A stretch of DNA of 64,000 bases. Origin: Candidatus Acidiferrales bacterium (GTDB lineage: Bacteria; Acidobacteriota; Terriglobia; Acidiferrales; UBA7541). Both the position numbers and the translations under genes were made by a program. Under the pieces are notes generated by a model that ran no database searches, had not been told where the DNA came from, and worked only from the letters and a program-made list of their open reading frames with translations. Within the stretch, counting starts at the first letter, position 1. Each line of letters opens with the position of its first letter. Of this stretch, positions 44,582-53,636 are shown one piece after another. The stretch covers positions 3,065 to 67,064 of the forward strand of contig DATNKM010000063.1 of NCBI GenBank assembly GCA_035603395.1, written 5' to 3'.

Positions 44582-46030
44582 TTACGCTTCGCTGATGAAC
44601 TTCGTCACCAGGCACGCCTCGAGACCTTCGATACCCTCTTCCGAGCCGTGGCCGCTTTCTTTTACGCCGCCGAACGGCGATTCCGGCACCGAAATCGCGA
44701 ACGTGTTCACGCCCACCATGCCGGCCTCGAGCTGTTCGCCCACCAGCTTCGCGCGATGCGCGGAATTGGTAAACGCGAAGGCCGCCAGCCCGTACGGCAG
44801 GCGATTGGCCTGCTGGATCACCGCGTCATAATCGGAAAACGAATTGATTACTGCGACCGGTCCGAAGGGTTCCTCGTTCATGATACGCGCGGTGTTCGGG
44901 ACGTCGGACAAAACCGTGGGCGCGTAGAAATATCCGCGGCTTTTCAGCCGCGCGCCGCCCGCCTGCACCTTCGCGCCGGATTTTTTCGCGTCATCGACGA
45001 GCGCCTCGACCGCCGCCAGCCGCCGCGCGTGCACCAGCGGGCCCATTTTGTGCTTTTCTTCGATGCCGTCGCCTACCGGCAAGGCCTTTGCGCGCGCGGC
45101 GAAGCCCTCGACGAACTTGTTGTAGATTTTTTCGTGCACGTAAAATCGCGTCGGCGAAACGCAGACCTGGCCGGCGTTGCGATATTTTGCCGTCGCGCAC
45201 GCATCGATAACTTTCTCGACGTCCACATCGTCGAACACCAGCACCGGTGCGTGGCCTCCCAGCTCCATGGTGGTGCGCTTCATGCCTTCGGCAGCCAGCT
45301 TCATGAGCTGCTTGCCCACGGGAATCGAGCCAGTGAACGAAATCTTGCGCACGATTGGCGACGCCAGCAGATACTCGGAAATTTCCGATGGCACGCCGTA
45401 GACGATCGACAGAACTCCCGCCGGCAGTCCTGCGTCCACCAGGCAGTGCGCCACCGCTAGTCCCGCCGCCGGAGTTTCCTCGGCCGGCTTCAGGATGCAC
45501 GAGCATCCCGCGCCCAGCGCCGCACCGATTTTTCGCGCCGGGTTGCCGATCGGAAAATTCCATGGCGCGAACGCCGCGACCACCCCCACGGGTTCCTTCA
45601 CGATCGCCAGGCGAGTGCCTGGCGCGCGCTGCGGCAGCACGCGGCCGTAGGCTCGCCGTCCCTCCTCGGCGAACCACTCGAAAATATTCGCGGACATCTG
45701 CACTTCGACCCGCGTTTCGTGAATCGACTTGCCCGATTCGGTGGTGGCGACGCGTGCGATTTCCTCGGCACGCTCGCGCATCAGGTCCGCCGCGCGCTTC
45801 AGGATTTTTCCGCGCTGGTCGGGAAAAATCGCGCGCCACACCTTGAATCCGCGCTCCGCCTCGGCAAGCGCGCGGTCGAGATCCGCCTTCGACGCGTGCG
45901 GCAGGTGACCGATCACTTCCTCGGTGGCCGGATTGATCACCGGCGACGTCTTTCGCCCATCGCCGGTTAGCCATTCGCCGCCGATGAAAAGGCTCAAATC
46001 CGCATACGTTGATGCCAGTTGTGTCGCCAT
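44582..46030 (-). CDS. NAD(P)-dependent aldehyde dehydrogenase
   Basis: FPWNFP-type segment (FAPWNFPIGN), ELGGHAP, and the catalytic Cys context GQVCVSPTR. 482 aa. Confidence 0.9.
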   Translation of the reverse strand: MATQLASTYADLSLFIGGEWLTGDGRKTSPVINPATEEVIGHLPHASKADLDRALAEAERGFKVWRAIFPDQRGKILKRAADLMRERAEEIARVATTESGKSIHETRVEVQMSANIFEWFAEEGRRAYGRVLPQRAPGTRLAIVKEPVGVVAAFAPWNFPIGNPARKIGAALGAGCSCILKPAEETPAAGLAVAHCLVDAGLPAGVLSIVYGVPSEISEYLLASPIVRKISFTGSIPVGKQLMKLAAEGMKRTTMELGGHAPVLVFDDVDVEKVIDACATAKYRNAGQVCVSPTRFYVHEKIYNKFVEGFAARAKALPVGDGIEEKHKMGPLVHARRLAAVEALVDDAKKSGAKVQAGGARLKSRGYFYAPTVLSDVPNTARIMNEEPFGPVAVINSFSDYDAVIQQANRLPYGLAAFAFTNSAHRAKLVGEQLEAGMVGVNTFAISVPESPFGGVKESGHGSEEGIEGLEACLVTKFISEA

Positions 46031-46210
46031 TTGTGCGCTCCTGTACTGGATTCCGCGATAGTTTCACGTTCGCGCGAGCCGCGTCAAGTTTGCACCGGGG
46101 TTGATCATTTGCACGGCTCGTACCCGGTTATCGGAACCAGTAAATGGCTGGAACCGTCATATGAATGTGGTCGGGCACCCCATACAAATTCATATTGTGA
46201 GGAGGATTTC

Positions 46211-46744
46211 ATGCTGAGGATCCTGATCGCGGCCCTTCTTCTGGGGCTACCGACATATGCGCAGGTGCAATCTTCTGAAGATCATAGCGCGGGCGGATGC
46301 GGCTCGAGCAAGGACGGCTGGGACGTCAAGACGGTCAAGGAACACCCACCGGCCCCGAAACCTACGGACGGCAAGGCGCTGGTTTACGTGGTGCAGACCA
46401 TGGTGGATGCACCGGTGATCGGCGGCAACAAAGCGACCACCCGGCTTGGCGTGGACGGCATGTGGATTGGCGCAAACCACGGGAATTCGTACTTTTTCTT
46501 TCCCGTTGATCCGGGTGAGCACAGCCTTTGCACCGACTGGCAATCGACCCTTTATACGCGCTCTGGCTTGGCCTCCGCGGCGGACCTCAACGCGCAGGCC
46601 GGCCGGACGTATTACTTCCGTATCAAAGTCCGCGATGTGACCAATTACCGCCCAGGAGACGTGGCGATTGAGCCGCTCGACAAATCCGAGGCACGGCTGT
46701 TGCTGGGGCACTCCGAATTCGCTACCTCGCACCCTAAGAAGTGA
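46211..46744 (+). CDS. DUF2846-like secreted protein
   Basis: GAGGAGGA precedes the ATG at 46211. Signal peptide MLRILIAALLLGLPTYA, then ...VDGMWIGANHGNSYFFFPVDPGEHSL...AGRTYYFRI. Confidence 0.5.
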   Translation: MLRILIAALLLGLPTYAQVQSSEDHSAGGCGSSKDGWDVKTVKEHPPAPKPTDGKALVYVVQTMVDAPVIGGNKATTRLGVDGMWIGANHGNSYFFFPVDPGEHSLCTDWQSTLYTRSGLASAADLNAQAGRTYYFRIKVRDVTNYRPGDVAIEPLDKSEARLLLGHSEFATSHPKK

Positions 46745-46790
46745 GCTTCGTCCGCGGAAAGCAGGCGCGGCTGATTTAGAATAGGCGCGC

Positions 46791-47546
46791 TTGCCTTCCG
46801 CCGCTCAACTCGACCGCCTGCGCGTCGTCCTCGTCTGCCCGCGCAATCCTCTGAATATCGGCGCGGCCGCGCGGGCGATGAGCAATTTCGGTGTTCGCCG
46901 CTTGCGTGTGGTGAATCCCTACCAGCCGGCATTTCGTGAGGCGAAATCCGCCGTTGGCGCAGCGGACGTGCTTGCGAGCGCCGAGCAATTCAAGACCGTC
47001 GCCGAAGCCGTCGCAGATTGCACGCTCGTCGTCGGTACTACCGCCGTCGGCAAGCGAAATTTGCACCACCCGCTGCGGCGACTGGAAGACGGTGCGCGCC
47101 TGATTCGCCGGGGCCTCGGCAAAAGCGGGGTCGCGCTGCTTTTCGGCTCCGAAAAATTTGGCCTCTCCAACGACGATCTCAGCTACTGCCACTGGGTGAT
47201 GCGCGTGCCCACCGTTGAAAAAAACATCTCCATGAATCTCGACCAGGCCGTCGCGGTCTGCCTGTACGAACTGATCCGCGATGCGAAGTCTCCGCGCATT
47301 ACTGAGAAGCGCACGCCTGCCTCCGCCGCGGAGGTCGAGCGCATCACCACGCTGCTGCTCGACGCGTTGAACCTCAGCGGCTTTACCAGCCTTCGCCGCG
47401 TGGCGGATTCCGACGAGCGGATTCGGCGGCTGGTGCGCCGGCTGAATCTCCTCGCGAGCGACGCCGTCATTTGGCAGGGCATATTCCGCCAGATTGCGTG
47501 GAAACTGCGCAACCCCCCGCACGATTCCAAAGCCGACACGACCTGA
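46791..47546 (+). CDS. trmJ: SpoU/TrmH-class RNA 2'-O-methyltransferase (TrmJ-like)
   Basis: LRVVLVCPRNPLNIGAAARAMSNFG, LLFGSEKFGLSNDDL, and MNLDQAVAVCLYEL. TTG start. Confidence 0.75.
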   Translation: MPSAAQLDRLRVVLVCPRNPLNIGAAARAMSNFGVRRLRVVNPYQPAFREAKSAVGAADVLASAEQFKTVAEAVADCTLVVGTTAVGKRNLHHPLRRLEDGARLIRRGLGKSGVALLFGSEKFGLSNDDLSYCHWVMRVPTVEKNISMNLDQAVAVCLYELIRDAKSPRITEKRTPASAAEVERITTLLLDALNLSGFTSLRRVADSDERIRRLVRRLNLLASDAVIWQGIFRQIAWKLRNPPHDSKADTT

Positions 47547-47630
47547 CACGTACACGATTGCGCATCCCGCGCCGCGCTCTGGCGCTCCCTGCTTGGCCCG
47601 GTGATAGAGTTGAATCAAGGAATCAGCCCG

Positions 47631-48626
47631 ATGTTCAGCGCAATTCCCGGTTTCCCGTCGCCGAAAAAGCTGCTGCACTACGTCTGGTTTTTCTGCCTGT
47701 TCGTGTGGGGCGGCTCGGCCACGGTCGTGGCCAGTCACGTCGGCAGCATGGCCGTGTGGTTTGAATCGACTCGCCAGCTGGCCTTGCTGAGCTTCTTCGG
47801 GCTGCTCACTTTCGGTTTCTTCTACATACAATACGCCGCCGTCGAGCAGGTCGTCGGCAGGGAACTGAACCAAACGCTGGGCCATCTTCAGGTTTCCGGC
47901 AGCGCAGCGCTCTTCCTCGTCGGCGTCGTTGGAGATGTCGCGGCGCTCGTCTCGAACCATCCGCAATTCGCTGCCATCGGACTGGGAGACACGATTCTGG
48001 TCATTATCTGCATTCTGGGTGAAGGCGCGTTCCTGGTGAACGTGGTGATGACGTTCGTTCTGGCAAAAGATTCCCTCGCGGCAGCGCACCCCGTGATTCC
48101 CATTTCGCGTCCGGCCACTACGCGCGCCGGCTCGCCGATCACGGCGGCGCAGAAAATCGCTTGGCGCTTCAATTGGTCGGGCTCGCCCGCCATGATCTTC
48201 GGCATCGCGGCCGCATTTTTCATTCTCGCGGGAATATTTCTGATCGAAGAATCCGCGGTGCGCATGCCGTTCGTCAAGGACGGCGCTATCATCTACGTGT
48301 CGCCGGGATATCTGTGGCTTCCGCTGGCGATTCCATTCGCAGCCTTCGCCCTGGCGTATTGGCTGATCGAAATTTTCACCGGCTGGATTTTCGACCGCTC
48401 CGCCACGCGCATGAATTTCCTCTGCACGGTCCTCGCCGCGATCGAAGCAATCCGCCTCTACTGGGCGTGGTCGGTCACCACGTCGACTGTCGGGCCGCAG
48501 CCGCCGGGCGCCGCGGATTTTTTCGGCGCCTTCGCCTTCCTGGCCCTCGCCGCCGGCGCGTTCATCTGGAATATCTGGGCGGCCCAGAACGCGCCGGCGC
48601 GGGCTGCTTCCCTACAAACCCACTGA
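47631..48626 (+). CDS. Polytopic membrane protein, function unknown
   Basis: About 8 hydrophobic segments. The ATG at 47631 lies 9 nt after AAGGA (the track start is GTG 47601). Confidence 0.6.
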   Translation: MFSAIPGFPSPKKLLHYVWFFCLFVWGGSATVVASHVGSMAVWFESTRQLALLSFFGLLTFGFFYIQYAAVEQVVGRELNQTLGHLQVSGSAALFLVGVVGDVAALVSNHPQFAAIGLGDTILVIICILGEGAFLVNVVMTFVLAKDSLAAAHPVIPISRPATTRAGSPITAAQKIAWRFNWSGSPAMIFGIAAAFFILAGIFLIEESAVRMPFVKDGAIIYVSPGYLWLPLAIPFAAFALAYWLIEIFTGWIFDRSATRMNFLCTVLAAIEAIRLYWAWSVTTSTVGPQPPGAADFFGAFAFLALAAGAFIWNIWAAQNAPARAASLQTH

Positions 48627-48675
48627 GTTTTTTCTCTTGCCTCGCCGCTGGTACAATCTCGGCGAGGGGTATCAC

Positions 48676-49923
48676 ATGAAATCCCCATTCCGGCGGGCGC
48701 TGCCCGCCGCTTTCTTGTTCGCGTCGCTTGCATTTCCTCATTCCGCCGCGACGCAATCGGCCGCGGGGCAATGGGAGGGCACCGTTGTCGTTGACAACAT
48801 GACCGTCCCGTTCCGCATCGACATCACTGGCAAAGCCAACAAGCTCGAGGCCGCGTTCATCAATGGCGACGAGCGCGTCACGTCCTCGCGCGGCATGCAG
48901 GTGAAGGACGCCGTCGAGCTCGATTTCGATCAGTACGCCGAAACGCTCCGCGGAAATCTGGAAGGCGGCGAATTGAAAGGCATCATCGCTGGCAAATTCG
49001 GGCCTGGGCCGCGCAGCGAGCTTCCGTTCGAAGCGCACCGCTACGTTCCGCAGCCCAACCCGCCAGCGGGCACCGTGCCTGAAATCGGCGGCTTGTGGGA
49101 AATCGAGGTGAAAAGCCCGAAAGGTGAAAACGCTTGGCGCTTCGTCGTGCGACAGACCGGCGCGGACGTCTCCGCCGCGATTCTGCGCGTCGATGGAGAT
49201 ACCGGCGCGCTCACCGGCCGCTTTCGCGACGGAAAATTCATCCTCAGCCATTTTTCAGGCGAGCGTCCTTACCGGATGGAAGCCGCGCCACAGTCCGATG
49301 GTAGCTTGGCGATCACGCTGCACGATTACGCCGGCGCGCGCGTATTGCCCGCCTATCGCCCGGCCGATGCGCGCGCCAAGGGTTTGCCTGAACCAACCGA
49401 TCCAGTGCAACACACGCGCACGGCGGACCCGACGAAGCCCTTCGAATTCAGTTTTCCCGATATTTCCGGCCGCACGGTTTCGAATATGGACGCGCGCTTT
49501 CTCGGCAAAGTGGTGCTCGTGAATATCACCGGCAGCTGGTGCCCCAATTGCCACGATGAAGCGCCGTTCCTCGCGCAGCTTTACGACAAATATCGCAACC
49601 GCGGCCTCGAAATCGTCGCGCTCGATTTCGAAGAGCCGGAGCAGATTGCCGATCTCACGCGCCTGCGCTGGTTCGTCCAGCATTATGGAATTCACTACAC
49701 GGTTCTCGTCGGTGGCGACCCCGACGACGTGAACAAGAAAATCCCGCAGCTGATCAATCTGAACTCCTGGCCGACCACGGTCTTCATCGGCCGTGATGGC
49801 CTGGTGAAAAGCATCCATGCCGGCTTCGCCAGCCCCGCCAGCGGAGATTTTAACGGGCAGCTGAAAGCCGAATTCAGCGCCCGGGTCGAAGCTCTGCTCG
49901 CGGAGCCCGTGCCATCGCGGTAG
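48676..49923 (+). CDS. TlpA-like thiol:disulfide oxidoreductase with long N-terminal extension
   Basis: Signal peptide (MKSPFRRALPAAFLFASLAFPHSAA). The C-terminal redoxin domain reads KVVLVNITGSWCPNCHDEAPFLAQLYDKY...NSWPTTVFIGRDG. Confidence 0.8.
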   Translation: MKSPFRRALPAAFLFASLAFPHSAATQSAAGQWEGTVVVDNMTVPFRIDITGKANKLEAAFINGDERVTSSRGMQVKDAVELDFDQYAETLRGNLEGGELKGIIAGKFGPGPRSELPFEAHRYVPQPNPPAGTVPEIGGLWEIEVKSPKGENAWRFVVRQTGADVSAAILRVDGDTGALTGRFRDGKFILSHFSGERPYRMEAAPQSDGSLAITLHDYAGARVLPAYRPADARAKGLPEPTDPVQHTRTADPTKPFEFSFPDISGRTVSNMDARFLGKVVLVNITGSWCPNCHDEAPFLAQLYDKYRNRGLEIVALDFEEPEQIADLTRLRWFVQHYGIHYTVLVGGDPDDVNKKIPQLINLNSWPTTVFIGRDGLVKSIHAGFASPASGDFNGQLKAEFSARVEALLAEPVPSR

Positions 49924-50041
49924 GCGATCGTTTTTTCCGCGCTCGCCGTGCCTTCTCTGCGCTTCTGCCGTGAATCTTTGTTTTTCTCCTAGTCTTCCGA
50001 TTTCGATAATGGTTCAATGCACCCGAAGTTTTCGGGGGGAC

Positions 50042-52225
50042 ATGCCAATGGGGAAGAAATTCCTTCGCATTTCCGCAGTCGGGTACTGCGGAGCGCTCGT
50101 GATGCTGTTGTCGTCGCCGCCGCTGGTGGCGCAGAACATGCAGATCGGCAACAGCCGTAACGTCGCCACATTCACCGTGGCGCAAGCCACGCAGGGCAGA
50201 GACCTCTACGCGAAGAACTGCGCCAGCTGCCACGGCACGAGCCTGGGCGGCAGCGAATTCGCCAGCTCGCTTCGCGGGGCGTCGTTCACCATGAATTGGG
50301 GCGGCAAAACCGCCGACGAGCTCTTCAGCTTCATCCATACGAAAATGCCGCCCGCCAGCCCAGGTTCGCTCGGACCGGACGCAGCCGCGCAGCTCATCGC
50401 CTTCATCCTGCAAACCAATGGAGTCGAGGCCGGCGACAAGGAGTTCCCCACAGAGCCCGCAGCGCAGGGCGCGATGACGATCCCGCGCGGCGCCACGCAG
50501 CGCAACGCCCCAATGATGCCGCTTTCGCCGCTCGCACCGCCGATGACCCCGGTCGTGCTGCCGAATCCGCTCGAGAAAATTTCGCGGGTCACGGACGCGC
50601 TGCTCGATAATCCGCCGCCGGGCGATTGGCTCCTCTGGCGCCGCACCTACGACGATTTTGGATTCAGCCCACTTAAAGGAATTAACAAAGCCAACGTCAG
50701 CGATCTGCGCGTCGCGTGGGCCTGGTCTCTGCCCAATGGGCAGAACGAAGCGACCCCGCTCGAACACGATGGGGTGCTCTTCGTCGATAGTTACGGCGAC
50801 AAGGTTCAGGCGCTCAACGCCGTGACCGGCGATCTGCTCTGGCAATATTCGCGCCAGCTTCCCAGCGACGCGCGGCTCAGCGTGAAGCGCAATCTGTCGC
50901 TCTATGGCGACAGGCTCTACATGCCCACGTCGGATGATCACATCGTCGCGCTCGATGTGAAGACTGGCGACGTGGTCTGGGATTCTGCGCTCGCCGATTA
51001 CACCAAGGGATACCAGACCACCGGCGGCCCGCTGGTCGCTAAAGGCAAAGTGATGCAGGGCGTAGCCGGCCAGGCGCGCGGCGGAAATTTCATCATCGCG
51101 CTCGACGCTGAAACAGGGAAGGAAGCATGGCGCTTCCACTCGATCGCGCAATCCGGCGAGCCCGGCGACAGCTGGAACGATTTGCCGAATGAAAAACGCA
51201 ATGGTGCCTCCGTCTGGACCGCCGGCAGCTACGATCCGGAGCTCAATCTCGCGTTCTTCGGCGTCGGTCAGACCTACGACACCGGCCCCGTGCTGCATCG
51301 CGTGGACAAGCCTGGAGTTTCCAACGACGGCCTCTTCACCGATTGCACGCTCGCATTCAATCCCGACACCGGCAAGCTCGTCTGGTATTTCCAGCACGTG
51401 CACAACGATCAGTGGGATCTCGATTGGGCGTTCGAACAACAGCTGATGCATCTGGCCGGCGAAGACAATGGCAAGAAGATGGTCGTCACCTCCGGCAAGA
51501 TGGGAATTTACGAGGGCCTGGATGCCGCAACGGGGAAATACATTTTCTCGAAAGACCTCGGTATCCAGAACGTGGTCGCTTCAATCGATCCGAAAACCGG
51601 AGAGAAGACGATCAGTCCCGATGTGGTCGTGGGCGACGGCAAGCCGCACACGATCTGCCCGCATCCCGGCGGCGGCCGCAACTGGATCGCCGGGTCGTAT
51701 AATCCGGAAACGAAAACGGTCTACGTTCCCATGGTCGAATCCTGCATGGACCTGATTCCCGCGCCCGCCGGCCAGCGCGGCAATCTTTCTTCCGGAGTGA
51801 ATTGGTTCATCCGCATGCGGCCCGACAATAGCGATGGAAAGATCGGACGCGTGGAAGCACTCAATCTCGAAACGAAAAAGCCGGTCTGGATCGATCGCCA
51901 GCGCGCCCCGCAATCCACCTGCACGCTCGACACGGCGGGAGGTGTGGTCTTCGCGGGCGCTCTCGATCGCTATTTCACGGCGTATGACGATTCCACCGGA
52001 GAGATACTCTGGAAAATCCGCCTCAACGATATGCCCAGCTCGTGCCCCATCACGTTCAGTGTCGATGGCAAAGAATATCTCGCCGTGGTGGTGGGCGCAG
52101 GCGGCGCGCAAAGCTTCACGTTCCCGGTGCTGGTGCCCGAAATCCGTCTTCCGCCCGACCACGGAGCGGAAATCTGGGTGTTCCAACTGCCGGAGAAAAA
52201 GTCAGCCGCGCAGCCGAAAAACTAG
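50042..52225 (+). CDS. PQQ-type beta-propeller dehydrogenase-like protein with N-terminal cytochrome c domain
   Basis: Signal peptide, then CASCHG (CxxCH) within the first ~70 residues. Propeller-type repeats follow (DWLLWRRTYDDFGFSPL, GDKVQALNAVTGDLLWQY, FNPDTGKLVWYFQHVHNDQWDLDW, AYDDSTGEILWK). Confidence 0.75.
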   Translation: MPMGKKFLRISAVGYCGALVMLLSSPPLVAQNMQIGNSRNVATFTVAQATQGRDLYAKNCASCHGTSLGGSEFASSLRGASFTMNWGGKTADELFSFIHTKMPPASPGSLGPDAAAQLIAFILQTNGVEAGDKEFPTEPAAQGAMTIPRGATQRNAPMMPLSPLAPPMTPVVLPNPLEKISRVTDALLDNPPPGDWLLWRRTYDDFGFSPLKGINKANVSDLRVAWAWSLPNGQNEATPLEHDGVLFVDSYGDKVQALNAVTGDLLWQYSRQLPSDARLSVKRNLSLYGDRLYMPTSDDHIVALDVKTGDVVWDSALADYTKGYQTTGGPLVAKGKVMQGVAGQARGGNFIIALDAETGKEAWRFHSIAQSGEPGDSWNDLPNEKRNGASVWTAGSYDPELNLAFFGVGQTYDTGPVLHRVDKPGVSNDGLFTDCTLAFNPDTGKLVWYFQHVHNDQWDLDWAFEQQLMHLAGEDNGKKMVVTSGKMGIYEGLDAATGKYIFSKDLGIQNVVASIDPKTGEKTISPDVVVGDGKPHTICPHPGGGRNWIAGSYNPETKTVYVPMVESCMDLIPAPAGQRGNLSSGVNWFIRMRPDNSDGKIGRVEALNLETKKPVWIDRQRAPQSTCTLDTAGGVVFAGALDRYFTAYDDSTGEILWKIRLNDMPSSCPITFSVDGKEYLAVVVGAGGAQSFTFPVLVPEIRLPPDHGAEIWVFQLPEKKSAAQPKN

Positions 52226-52738
52226 AAACGCGTCAGCAAGCGTCCTCAACGCAGGCGCGGTGCGGCGGTTGCCACCGCTGCCTGCGGGCGAGGCTCACCT
52301 GTCCGCTCCCAGCGTTTATTCGCAGTGAATCCTTCCGCGTTGCGCCGACGCAGAAACTCCGGTCAACCCGCCATTGATTACAGCACGAAACGCCAGCCGC
52401 CAATCCCTAAATCGCCCTGTGAAACACTATTTCAAAATTTTAATGTGCCGATTTCCAGCCAAAAAGAGCCCATAACTGCATGTAAAAGCGAGCAATATCC
52501 TCATATTTCCGTTTTCGATTATTCCAATTCGTATTTTGCGTTTGTCGTTTCCCGGCGCCTTCCGCAAACTATCTAAGACTTTAAAGTGAGCTTAACGATC
52601 TCGTTTTTCACGTGGAGACGGGATTTTCCCACCAAGCCGGTTTCGGTCGGTGGCGCTGTGGGTTCCGCTGTGGATCTCGTTGAGATTCCGACGACGCCTC
52701 ACGGCCTGATAGTTCCACTTTGAAAAAGGAGATCAAAG

Positions 52739-53554
52739 ATGTCCTCCATTGACTCTGGGGCTCTTCAGCAGCACGGTATCGGTCTGGAACGTTCGGCTCA
52801 ACGCACCCTTCCAACCTCGCCTCCGTCTAGGCGATCCGCTCCGCTCGTCTTTGCTTTGATCGAGGAAGACGCTTCATCCAAAGGCAAGCGCGTAGCCCGC
52901 ACCGGCCTGGCGCTCGGAATTCAAATTGTCATCGTCGGCACCATGCTGCTCGTGCCGCTCGTCGTCACCGAAGCCATCGACCTGCACCAGTTCGACAAAA
53001 CCATGCTGATCGCGCCGCCTCCGCCCGCAGCTCCCGCGCCGCCCGTTGTTCACGCGCAAGCCGTCGCGCCCAAAATTTCGATTCTTCATCCGCAGCTGAC
53101 AGCACCCACGATCATCCCGAAAAAAATTGTCGAGACTGCGTCGGAGATGGGCGGAGGCGCACCCTCAATTTCCGACGCTGGCGGTGTAGCCGGCGGCACG
53201 GGCGACGTCCTCGGCGCATCCCTGGCCGCGGTCGCGCCGCCTCCGTCCGCTCCCGAGCGCCCGAAAGGTCCGATTCGCATCAGCTCCGGCATGAAGGAAC
53301 CGCGTCTTCTCGTCGCTCCGCCGGTTGAATATTCACCCATCGCCAGAATGGCTCGCATCCAGGGCACCGTCACACTCGAAGCCGTCATCGATGAACACGG
53401 CAACGTCACCGAAGTGCGCGCCATCAGCGGTCCCGCGTTGCTCTACCAGTCAGCCATCAAGGCGGTCACCGGCCGGAAGTACGAGCCGACCTATCTCGAC
53501 GGTCAAGCGGTCGCTATCCGCCTCGACGTCACGGTCAACTTCCACCTGAGCTAA
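52739..53554 (+). CDS. tonB: Energy transducer TonB
   Basis: AAGGAGA RBS, a TM segment (LALGIQIVIVGTMLLVPLVV), a Pro-rich spacer (APPPPAAPAPPVV), and a C-terminal TonB domain (YSPIARMARIQGTVTLEAVIDEHGNVTEVRAISGP...). Confidence 0.85.
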   Translation: MSSIDSGALQQHGIGLERSAQRTLPTSPPSRRSAPLVFALIEEDASSKGKRVARTGLALGIQIVIVGTMLLVPLVVTEAIDLHQFDKTMLIAPPPPAAPAPPVVHAQAVAPKISILHPQLTAPTIIPKKIVETASEMGGGAPSISDAGGVAGGTGDVLGASLAAVAPPPSAPERPKGPIRISSGMKEPRLLVAPPVEYSPIARMARIQGTVTLEAVIDEHGNVTEVRAISGPALLYQSAIKAVTGRKYEPTYLDGQAVAIRLDVTVNFHLS

Positions 53555-53636
53555 GCAGCGCCCCGCTCTCGCCCGAGTTCCGCGCGCCGGCGTGGCAGGC
53601 AGCAGCTGCCGCGCCGGGGCAAACCCCTCTGCCGCT

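Noticed and set aside
46776-48089. 437-aa minus-strand ORF
   Set aside because: It is antisense to the TrmJ-like gene and the 8-TM membrane protein, both of which have family motifs or TM structure. The composition is that of a shadow ORF.
49874-51451. 525-aa minus-strand ORF
   Set aside because: It is antisense to the cytochrome c/PQQ-propeller gene and has no recognisable motifs.
52380-52620. Fur box in the tonB leader
   Set aside because: The best candidate (TTTCGATTATTCCAATTCG) matches the GATAATGATAATCATTATC consensus poorly.
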